A DNA stretch of 37,704 nucleotides from positions 1 to 37,704 of the forward strand of contig JBGPAN010000001.1 of the NCBI GenBank assembly GCA_041480785.1, written 5' to 3'. Positions 18,977 through 26,537 of the stretch are shown in pieces. The translations under genes were made by a program, and so were the position numbers. The DNA comes from Bacteroidota bacterium. Its GTDB lineage: Bacteria; Bacteroidota; Ignavibacteria; UBA10030. The notes under the pieces were generated by a model, which worked only from the letters and a program-made list of their open reading frames with translations, was not told the DNA's origin and did no database searches. Every line of letters starts with the position of its first letter. Within the stretch, counting starts at the first letter, position 1.

Positions 18977-19012
18977 CCCGCCACGAGAAATGAGTCATTC
19001 AGGCGTGGCGGG
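18977..19012 (+). other. Composite hairpin between the methyltransferase gene and GH116 (terminator or regulatory structure)
   Basis: CCCGCCACG (18977-18985) pairs with CGTGGCGGG (19004-19012). The loop holds a nested AATGA-G-TCATT palindrome (18989-18999). No U-tract follows. It lies 36 nt before ATG 19048. Confidence 0.3.
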
Positions 19013-19047
19013 CCGCAACGGCGGTTTGCCTAAACGAGAGGTGTCTC

Positions 19048-21612
19048 ATGGATCCGACCATACGTCTTCTCATAAGAAGTCTGTCAATTACCATTCTCGT
19101 TCTCATTGTGGTGGCGGTCGCTGGGGCATCGGACCGGAACTGGCCCATCATTAAGCATTATGATCAACAACACCTTGGCCGCATAGCTCTTCCTGTTGGC
19201 GGCATCGGAACGGGGACAATTTCGCTTGGTGGAAGAGGTGACTGGCGGGATTGGGAAATCATGAACCGCCCAGCCAAGGGGTTCAATCCCGGCTCACCGT
19301 TCTTCGCAATCCGGGTCAAGCCGGCAAAGGGAAAAGCGCTTGTGCGGGCGTTGCAGGGTCCTGTTGATGAACATTTGTACGAGGGAGCCTCCGGCGTCAA
19401 AAACGCAACAAATCCTGGCTTGCCGTGCTTTCACAATTGTAGTTTTGACGCAAGCTATCCCTTTGGGATCGTGAATCTCTCCGACGCTGCTGTACCGGTC
19501 ACGGTGAAGATCAAAGCATTCAATCCTTTCATTCCCACGGATGCTGACGCGAGCGGAATTCCTATCGCCATTATTACGTATGAAGTCACTAATACTTCAA
19601 AGGCAGATCTCTCCGTGTCTGTCTGCGGCACCATCCAGAACTTCATTGGAAACGATGGAACCAAAAACGTCGCGCTGCGGAATCGCAACACCTACCGGCA
19701 AGGAACTGCATGCCGGGGAATCTTCATGTCATCCGACAGTGTGAAGCCGGACGACGAGCGCTGGGGAACCATGGCGTTGACCACGAACTCCAGCGAAGGC
19801 CTCTCATTCAGAACCGCGTGGTTAAAAGCCGGTTGGGGAACACCGTTGCTTGATTTCTGGGATGATTTCAGCGACGATGGGATACTCACAGACCGCATGT
19901 CCGATATCAGCACACCGAACGCGTCGCTTGCTGTGAGCAAAAGTATCCCGGCGAAGGGAACCCAGGATTTTACATTCTTCGTTACGTGGCATTTCCCCAA
20001 TCGCTTTGCCTGGTCGCCTAAGCGCATCGGCAACTATTATACCACACAGTACAGCGATGCATGGGATGTCATCGAGAAGGCGCTCCCAAGGCTCAACGCC
20101 TTGGAACGCGAGACGGTGGAATTCGTTTCCGCATTCTGCGCGAGCGATATCCCCGCCGTTGTCAAGGAATCTGCATTGTTTAACCTCAGCACACTGAGAA
20201 CCCAGACATGTTTTCGGACCGAGGATGGACGATTTTTCGCGTGGGAGGGATGCGATGATAACAAGGGTTGCTGCTCCGGAACATGCACGCATGTATGGAA
20301 CTATGAGCAGGCTATCGCGTTTCTTTTCGGTTCCATTGCAAAGTCGATGCGCGAGGTTGAATTCAGCAAAGAGACAGATGATGCGGGGCTGATGAGCTTT
20401 CGCGCAAGACTCCCGCTGGACCAGGAACTTTGGGGCAAGGCCGCCGCTGACGGACAGATGGGTTGTATCATGAAAGTGTACAGAGACTGGCAGTTGTCTG
20501 GCGACAACACAATGCTCGCGGCCCTCTGGCCAAATGTGAAAAAGGCTCTGGAGTTCTGCTGGATCAAAGGAGGCTGGGACGCAAACAAAGACGGGATTAT
20601 GGAGGGGTGTCAGCACAACACGATGGATGTTGAATACTATGGTCCCAATCCACAGATGGGCATTTGGTACCTCGGTGCCCTCAAGGCTGCCGCGCGTATG
20701 GCAACCCTCATGAAGGACGGTGCTTTTGCCGGCACTTGCGAATCTCTGTTTGCACACGGCAGCCGATGGATTGACAGCATGCTGTTCAATGGTGAGTACT
20801 ATATACACACGATTGTTCCGAAGATGGACAAAGCGAACATTGCTCCCAGTCTTCTTGTTGGCATGGGATCGAGCGACTTCACCAATCCGGACTATCAACT
20901 TGGCGAGGCCTGTCTTGTCGACCAGCTCATCGGACAGACTATGGCCCACGTCTGCGACCTCGGTTATCTGACCAACCCCGAGCACGTTCGCACCACGCTC
21001 AAGAGCATCATGAAGTACAACTACAAGAGTTCACTGGCCGATCACTTCAACTGCCTTCGCGCGTTCGCTCTCGGGGATGAAGCAGCTCTCCTGATGACGA
21101 GCTATCCCAAGGGGCGGCCGACGAATCCATTTCCCTATTTTACGGAGGTGATGACAGGCTTTGAATACACCGCCGCGATCGGCATGCTGTACGAGGGGCA
21201 GACAGAAAGTGCGTTGAAATGCATCACAAGTATTCGCAATCGCTACGATGGAATGAAGAGAAGTCCGTTTGACGAGGCCGAATGCGGACATCATTACGGT
21301 CGGGCAATGATTAGCTGGGCAGAGCTTCTCGCGCTGACGGGGTTCCATTACTCCGCTGTTGATCAACGGTTCACTGTTGCTGCCAAGAATGGTAAGTACT
21401 TTTGGTCGAATGGATATGTGTACGGCTCAATAAAGCAAAAACCGGGAAGTGCGGGGCGACGACTGGTCATCATATCACCGCTGAAGGGTGAGGTGAGTCT
21501 TAAATCCATACGGTTGAGCGGCTTTGGAGAGGCGCGGTTCGGGGAGCCATATCAGCTCAAGGCGGGGGAATCACTAGCGATTGAGGTTTCGCCTGATGGA
21601 AAGACACATTAG
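19048..21612 (+). CDS. Glycoside hydrolase family 116 (GBA2-type beta-glucosidase/glucosylceramidase-like)
   Basis: N-terminal TM/signal anchor, then LPVGGIGTGTISLGGRGDWRDWEIMNRP, the hallmark start of the GH116 N-domain. There is a long (alpha/alpha)6-type C-terminal region (WEGCDD..GCCSGTCTHVWNYEQA...). GAGAGGTG lies 5 nt upstream of the ATG. Confidence 0.8.
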   Translation: MDPTIRLLIRSLSITILVLIVVAVAGASDRNWPIIKHYDQQHLGRIALPVGGIGTGTISLGGRGDWRDWEIMNRPAKGFNPGSPFFAIRVKPAKGKALVRALQGPVDEHLYEGASGVKNATNPGLPCFHNCSFDASYPFGIVNLSDAAVPVTVKIKAFNPFIPTDADASGIPIAIITYEVTNTSKADLSVSVCGTIQNFIGNDGTKNVALRNRNTYRQGTACRGIFMSSDSVKPDDERWGTMALTTNSSEGLSFRTAWLKAGWGTPLLDFWDDFSDDGILTDRMSDISTPNASLAVSKSIPAKGTQDFTFFVTWHFPNRFAWSPKRIGNYYTTQYSDAWDVIEKALPRLNALERETVEFVSAFCASDIPAVVKESALFNLSTLRTQTCFRTEDGRFFAWEGCDDNKGCCSGTCTHVWNYEQAIAFLFGSIAKSMREVEFSKETDDAGLMSFRARLPLDQELWGKAAADGQMGCIMKVYRDWQLSGDNTMLAALWPNVKKALEFCWIKGGWDANKDGIMEGCQHNTMDVEYYGPNPQMGIWYLGALKAAARMATLMKDGAFAGTCESLFAHGSRWIDSMLFNGEYYIHTIVPKMDKANIAPSLLVGMGSSDFTNPDYQLGEACLVDQLIGQTMAHVCDLGYLTNPEHVRTTLKSIMKYNYKSSLADHFNCLRAFALGDEAALLMTSYPKGRPTNPFPYFTEVMTGFEYTAAIGMLYEGQTESALKCITSIRNRYDGMKRSPFDEAECGHHYGRAMISWAELLALTGFHYSAVDQRFTVAAKNGKYFWSNGYVYGSIKQKPGSAGRRLVIISPLKGEVSLKSIRLSGFGEARFGEPYQLKAGESLAIEVSPDGKTH

Positions 21613-22186
21613 AGACATCTACCATCGCCGTTCAATTCGTCTGAAGGGTTATGATTATTCCCAAGAAGCTGCTTATTATGTGACCCTGCATGCGCGTGGA
21701 CGGTCATGCGTCTTCGGTGCAGTCATCGGCGAGAACGTACGGTTGAATCGGTTTGGGCAGATAACACGTGATGAATGGTTGAGAACACCACAAATCCGGC
21801 CGGAGGTAGAGCTCGATGAATTTGTCGTGATGCCAAATCATCTTCATGGTATTATTCTCCTGGTGCCAACCGTCGGGGCGTATTACGATACGCCCCGACG
21901 AGATAATCCATCACAAAAACCTCTTTTCGTATCCCCATCGCGAACCTTTGGAGCAATTATCCGCGGATTCAAATCAGCCACAACCGTGCAAACCGATCGA
22001 CTCCGCGACACCCCGCGATCTCCATTATGGCAACGTAACTATTACGAACATATTGTTCGCGATATCGATAATTTGAACCGCATTCGTAATTACATCCGGA
22101 ACACCCCCCTTCAATGGTCCTCTGATAACGAAAATCCGATTAACGTCACGACCACAAACACCAAAAGCATCACAAAAAAAGAATGA
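21596..22186 (+). CDS. REP-associated tyrosine transposase-like protein (RAYT; IS200-like HUH/Y1 family)
   Basis: HRRSIRLKGYDYSQEAAYYVTLH, the HUH motif MPNHLHGII, and the catalytic Tyr region WQRNYYEHIVR are all intact. The start overlaps the GH116 3' end by 17 nt (a TTG at 21581 is also possible). The TGA overlaps the GH29 ATG (ATGA at 22183-22186). Confidence 0.85.
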   Translation: MERHIRDIYHRRSIRLKGYDYSQEAAYYVTLHARGRSCVFGAVIGENVRLNRFGQITRDEWLRTPQIRPEVELDEFVVMPNHLHGIILLVPTVGAYYDTPRRDNPSQKPLFVSPSRTFGAIIRGFKSATTVQTDRLRDTPRSPLWQRNYYEHIVRDIDNLNRIRNYIRNTPLQWSSDNENPINVTTTNTKSITKKE

Positions 22187-24429
22187 ATTGCCACAGTATA
22201 AAACGCTCTTCCGCGCTTCTGATTCTGGCGGCAATGATGTGCTTCTCGCGTATCGCCTACTCACAGCAACAAACGAACTACGCCATCATCAAGCCCGGCG
22301 AATCACCTGAAGAGATCGTGCGCAAAGCAGCCACCGTTGCCCCTTCCCCGCGCCAGCTCTCCTGGCAGCAACAGGAGTTCATCGCCTTTGTTCATTTTGG
22401 CATGAATACTTTTATGGACCGCGAGTGGGGACAGGGGAACGAGGACCCGGCTGTCTTCAACCCCACGGATTTGGACACGCGGCAATGGGTGAAAGTCATC
22501 AAGGACGCAGGGATGAAGTTGCTCGTCGTGACCGCGAAACACCACGACGGCTTTTGCCTGTGGCCAAGCAAGTACACAGACCACAGTGTCAAAAGCAGCC
22601 CGTGGAAAAATGGAAAGGGAGATGTTGTCGTCGAGGTTGCGCAAGCGTGCAGGGAAGCCGGTATCAAGTTCGGTGTCTATTTGTCCCCGTGGGATCGGCA
22701 CGAGAGGTCATACGGCAATTCTCCCGCATACAATGAACATTTCCGAAATCAACTCCGTGAGTTGTTGATCAACTATGGCGATGTCGCCGAGGTCTGGTTC
22801 GATGGCGCTTGCGGCGAAGGGCCCAATGGCAAAAGACAGGAATACGATTGGAAATCATACTACAAACTTATCCGGGAGCTCCAACCGCAGGCAGTTATCG
22901 CCATCATGGGGCCTGATGTCCGTTGGGTTGGCACTGAATCCGGCTATGGAAGAGAAACCGAATGGAGCGTCGTCTCGGGTGTTGCGCAAAACCTCAACGC
23001 CATCGCGGCCTCCTCTCAACAGAATGCCATTGATGGCGCTTTTGTCCCCGGTGATTTGACGGGCGATGACCTTGGCAGTCTGGACAAGATCAGGAATGCA
23101 GCATCGCTCGTGTGGTATCCCGCAGAAACCGATGTTTCGATTCGACCGGGTTGGTTCTACCACGAGAGCCAGAATGAGCTCGTGAAGACACCCGAGAAAC
23201 TCGTCGACATCTATTATAGTTCTGTTGGACGCAACTCGGTGTTGCTCCTGAATATTCCCGCCGACAAGCGCGGTCGCATCAGCGAAAGCGACATCAAAGC
23301 ATTGAGGGGGCTACGTAAGACTCTCGACCAGACGTTCAGCACGAACCTCACGACGGGCGCGCGGGTCATTGCGTCGAATGAACGCTGGGGACACAACGGT
23401 GCTGCAATCATTGATCGGGATACAAAGAACTTTTGGACGACAGAGGACGGGGTTGAGTCAGCAACTCTCGACGTTCAGCTTGCGCGAACCCTGACGTTCA
23501 ACCGCGCGATGCTGCAAGAAGACATTGCTGTTGGTCAGCGAGTTGAGGCTTTTCGATTTGAAGCCTGGACCGGAAAAACCTGGAGGGAGATCGCCAGGGG
23601 GACCACTATCGGATACAAGCGCCTTCTCCGTTTTCCAAGCGTGACGGCGGCAAAGGTGAGAATTGTTATTGAACGATCAAGAACGAGTCCGACGCTTTCC
23701 TCATTTGGTCTTTTTAAAGCTCCTCCCAATGTTTTCATTGAACCGCTTGGGGGTTCCTTCGAAACCAAAACAAAGGTCCGGCTTTCGACGGATACAAAAG
23801 GGGCGACGGTTCGGTACTCGCTCGACGGAATAGATCCCACTATGAGGTCCGCGAAATATTCTGCACCGATTATGTTGACCCGGTCAACACTCCTCAAGGC
23901 GACGGCGGTCATCGGCGGTGAGCTGTGCGCAGAACCAGTTGTAGCCCGGTTTATTCGATGCCTCAGCGCTAAATCGGCCGATTTTGAAAAACCATTCAAT
24001 CCCAAGTACGCAGGCCACGGGAATGCAACAATCATCAACGGCAAGCGTGGCTCGCTCGACTTCAATGATAAGGAGTGGTTGGGCTTTTTAGGGGATGATG
24101 CGATTGTAACCATTGATCTGGGTCAGGCAAAAACGGTCGGAAAAATCACAGCGGGATTTTTGCAGCAGCAAGGATCCTGGGTTTTCCTGCCGGGCGCTGT
24201 CACGTTTTTCGTTTCAGACGACAGGACAAACTGGAGACTCGTTGGTGAATTGAAAATTCCGCCTGAGCAGACAGAGCGGGTTCTCACGAAGGATTTCGCT
24301 TGCACTGTCGCTAAGGTCAAGATAAGATATGTACGGGTTGTGGCAAAAAATGTCGGAATCTGCCCCTCATGGCATCCGGGTGTTGGAGAAAAAGCGTGGC
24401 TGTTTACGGATGAGATTATTGTGGAATAG
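22183..24429 (+). CDS. GH29 alpha-L-fucosidase with C-terminal F5/8-type-C (discoidin)-like domains
   Basis: Signal peptide, then FVHFGMNTF..., VVTAKHHDGFCLWPSKYTDHSV and FGVYLSPWDRHE (GH29 blocks). The C-terminal beta-sandwich regions include ...ATVRYSLDGIDPT..SAKYSAPI.... Confidence 0.85.
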   Translation: MNCHSIKRSSALLILAAMMCFSRIAYSQQQTNYAIIKPGESPEEIVRKAATVAPSPRQLSWQQQEFIAFVHFGMNTFMDREWGQGNEDPAVFNPTDLDTRQWVKVIKDAGMKLLVVTAKHHDGFCLWPSKYTDHSVKSSPWKNGKGDVVVEVAQACREAGIKFGVYLSPWDRHERSYGNSPAYNEHFRNQLRELLINYGDVAEVWFDGACGEGPNGKRQEYDWKSYYKLIRELQPQAVIAIMGPDVRWVGTESGYGRETEWSVVSGVAQNLNAIAASSQQNAIDGAFVPGDLTGDDLGSLDKIRNAASLVWYPAETDVSIRPGWFYHESQNELVKTPEKLVDIYYSSVGRNSVLLLNIPADKRGRISESDIKALRGLRKTLDQTFSTNLTTGARVIASNERWGHNGAAIIDRDTKNFWTTEDGVESATLDVQLARTLTFNRAMLQEDIAVGQRVEAFRFEAWTGKTWREIARGTTIGYKRLLRFPSVTAAKVRIVIERSRTSPTLSSFGLFKAPPNVFIEPLGGSFETKTKVRLSTDTKGATVRYSLDGIDPTMRSAKYSAPIMLTRSTLLKATAVIGGELCAEPVVARFIRCLSAKSADFEKPFNPKYAGHGNATIINGKRGSLDFNDKEWLGFLGDDAIVTIDLGQAKTVGKITAGFLQQQGSWVFLPGAVTFFVSDDRTNWRLVGELKIPPEQTERVLTKDFACTVAKVKIRYVRVVAKNVGICPSWHPGVGEKAWLFTDEIIVE

Positions 24430-24548
24430 GAAGGTCGAGTTGCTCGCAGGGGTTTCTCTTGAACAGTCCCCCCTGTGTGGCGGCTTGTGCTGATGCGAGA
24501 GGGGATTTAGGGGAGTGTTCTTTCACCTACGCTTCCGCACTTTGGGTG

Positions 24549-24618
24549 ACACACCCCTCGGCTCCCCTCTCTCGCCCCGCGTGCTTCCCACAAGAGGGGA
24601 CGTTTGGTTCACGATATG
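24549..24618 (+). repeat. Copy A of a ~70-nt hairpin-bearing intergenic repeat (REP-like)
   Basis: The core 24568-24618 matches 33104-33154 at 46 of 51 positions in the same orientation. It contains the stem TCCCCTCT (24563-24570) / AGAGGGGA (24593-24600). Confidence 0.7.
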
Positions 24619-24799
24619 TGAGAGGCGATGTACTGAGCTCTAACAGTTCTCTCCGCGCGTGGGCTTGCGCGCTGGGGAGAGGGTTGTTAGACTCCATCAG
24701 AGTCTAACGGACTCTGACGAGGATTCAGGGATGTGTGTTTTGTCTGGCGCGATAAGATCGATTTTGAGGCGGTTTTCAAATCCAAAGATGAATCAGCTA

Positions 24800-25489
24800 T
24801 CAGCTCACCGCGAAATCGACCGCCGCAAGAGAATGAATCACCGTCGTGTTGAAGAGTGGAAAATCGATATCCTCCTGCTTGATCAAGAGCGGTATTTCCG
24901 TGCAGCCGAGTACAACTCCTTCCGCGCCCTGAGAACGAAGTTTCTGAATGATTTCCAGGAAGCGTGTCTTCGATTCCGGGAGAAAGATCCCCATCAGCAG
25001 TTCGCTGTCGATTGTCCGCTGAATGAATATTTTCTCATCCTTGTCCGGAACGAGCGTGGTGATACCTTGCTCGGCGAGCTTCTTTGTGTAGAAGTCTAGT
25101 TCCATCGTGGGCCGCGTCCCGAGCAACCCGACTTTCTTCATGTTCTTTTTCTGGATTTGCGCGCCTGTTGCTTTCGCAATGTGAATGAGCGGAACCGAAA
25201 TTTCCTTTTCTATCCGATCCGCATGCATATGCATCGTATTGGCGCACAGAAGAATGCAGTCGACGCCAACGGTCTCGAGCTTCCTGGCGGCGCCAAGCAT
25301 AAGAGAGAAGATGCCTTCTGTCTCGCGCTTTTCGTTGAACCTTTGGATGTCTCCGAAGTTAACAGAATACAGAACGCACCTGGCGAATTCCAGGCCCCCA
25401 AGCCGTCTGTTTGTTTCTTCGTTGATGATGCGGTAGTATTCGACAGTCGAGATCCAGCCGGTTCCACCCACCAGTCCAATGGTCTTCAT
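24800..25489 (-). CDS. Aspartate/glutamate racemase-family protein
   Basis: MKTIGLVGGTGW.ST..YY start. Two catalytic-Cys blocks (ILLCANTMH and VVLGCTEIPLL). AGGGAGGA lies 8 nt upstream of the ATG. Confidence 0.85.
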   Translation of the reverse strand: MKTIGLVGGTGWISTVEYYRIINEETNRRLGGLEFARCVLYSVNFGDIQRFNEKRETEGIFSLMLGAARKLETVGVDCILLCANTMHMHADRIEKEISVPLIHIAKATGAQIQKKNMKKVGLLGTRPTMELDFYTKKLAEQGITTLVPDKDEKIFIQRTIDSELLMGIFLPESKTRFLEIIQKLRSQGAEGVVLGCTEIPLLIKQEDIDFPLFNTTVIHSLAAVDFAVS

Positions 25490-25579
25490 CGGTGCAGTCC
25501 TCCCTTTTTCAAGAAGCTAGTGCTACTTCTAATTAGAGATCTTGTCGTGGCGCCACGCCTTCGTCATATTCAGAAAGGC

Positions 25580-25608
25580 GTCCCGTTCACCCGCTGGGTG
25601 AACGGGAC
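25580..25608 (-). terminator. Intrinsic-terminator-like hairpin downstream of the 25724-26332 minus-strand genes
   Basis: Perfect 13-bp stem GTCCCGTTCACCC-gct-GGGTGAACGGGAC. On the minus strand it is followed by GCCTTTCTG, a short U-run. Confidence 0.5.
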
Positions 25609-25723
25609 CCGCTTCCAATGGCAGCATCCATCTCAAGATACAATATTATTTCATGGAAGCGGCACTATGCAACTTTTGCCTTCAATTCAAAACTCCCGGT
25701 TAACGCGAGAAGGGATACGCCAG

Positions 25724-25981
25724 CTACTTCGCATGCATCGCTTCAACGTCCTGCGGAGAGAATTTCACGAGCTTTATGGCTTTTGCGGTATAGCGCTGCA
25801 TGGTTGGTACGACCATCAACGCCTGCTTTGCATTCTCCGCTTCAAGAACGAGCCACCCCGTATGGTCGCCATCCATGCAGCCCCAATCGAAGTGTGTGAT
25901 GTAGCCGACGGAATGGATTTCCTTGAGTGCTTTGGCGCAGTCACCTGCCGTGTATGGAGAGATAACGAGGAATCGTTCCAC
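25724..25981 (-). CDS. Small hypothetical protein (85 aa)
   Basis: GTG start preceded by AAAAGGAGAAAG (strong SD). The sequence is globular-looking (..ITHFDWGCMDGDHTGWLVLEAENAKQAL..). No family recognised. Confidence 0.55.
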   Translation of the reverse strand: MERFLVISPYTAGDCAKALKEIHSVGYITHFDWGCMDGDHTGWLVLEAENAKQALMVVPTMQRYTAKAIKLVKFSPQDVEAMHAK

Positions 25982-26032
25982 GACTTTCTCCTTTTAATGT
26001 GTGAATACGGTTGTTGATTCGATCGACGCGTG

Positions 26033-26332
26033 TCAACCGACGATAGAGAAGATTTCCCGATGGCCGGACTCGACCAGCGGAGTGAATTTCTGGTACCACT
26101 CGCCAAATTCCTTCGACCCCATAATGTCCTTCGATGACTTTTCGAATGTGGCAAGGTTTTCATACGTCATCTCTGAAACGAATGTGTAGTACTGACCCGT
26201 GACGTCGGTCAGGAAACGAACTGACAATCCGCCGCCGTATTTCTTGTGAAGAGATTCGTTTTCCTTCACCAGGGCTTTGGCCTCTCTGGCTTTTCCAAAC
26301 TTGAGCTGAAAGACATTGCGAACGAGGATCAT
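26033..26332 (-). CDS. Small alpha+beta-barrel protein (NIPSNAP/Dabb-like)
   Basis: 99 aa, with AAGGAG 7 nt upstream of the ATG. The pattern VRNVFQLKFGKAREAKALV...YYTFVSEMTYENLATFEK...FGEWYQKF...REIFSIV resembles NIPSNAP-type domains. The family call is tentative. Confidence 0.45.
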   Translation of the reverse strand: MILVRNVFQLKFGKAREAKALVKENESLHKKYGGGLSVRFLTDVTGQYYTFVSEMTYENLATFEKSSKDIMGSKEFGEWYQKFTPLVESGHREIFSIVG

Positions 26333-26537
26333 GGTGATCTCCTTTTTGAAAGGTGTGGGAACTGATTATGAGGTAGATCTCGTTGATTAGCGGAACGATG
26401 ATAGAAGGATGGTTTATGGCAGCCCGCGTCCCATCGCACATTGTATTAACGCCGCTCTGGTTTCGGGCGTTCCCGCGGTCGGTTTGCGTCCGAGGGTATA
26501 CGAATCTCATCGGAAGCTTATAATTTCTGCAACATTT

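Noticed and set aside
24459-24707. ORFs 24459..24707 and 32986..33216 share the peptide ..SRP(A/T)C(F/L)P(Q/R)EGTFGSRY.., which might indicate a conserved micro-protein.
   Set aside because: The similarity is a ~50-70-nt nucleotide repeat with hairpin potential. It ends abruptly, and the rest of the two ORFs is unrelated. Neither has a credible start or SD. It is treated as a DNA/RNA-level repeat instead.
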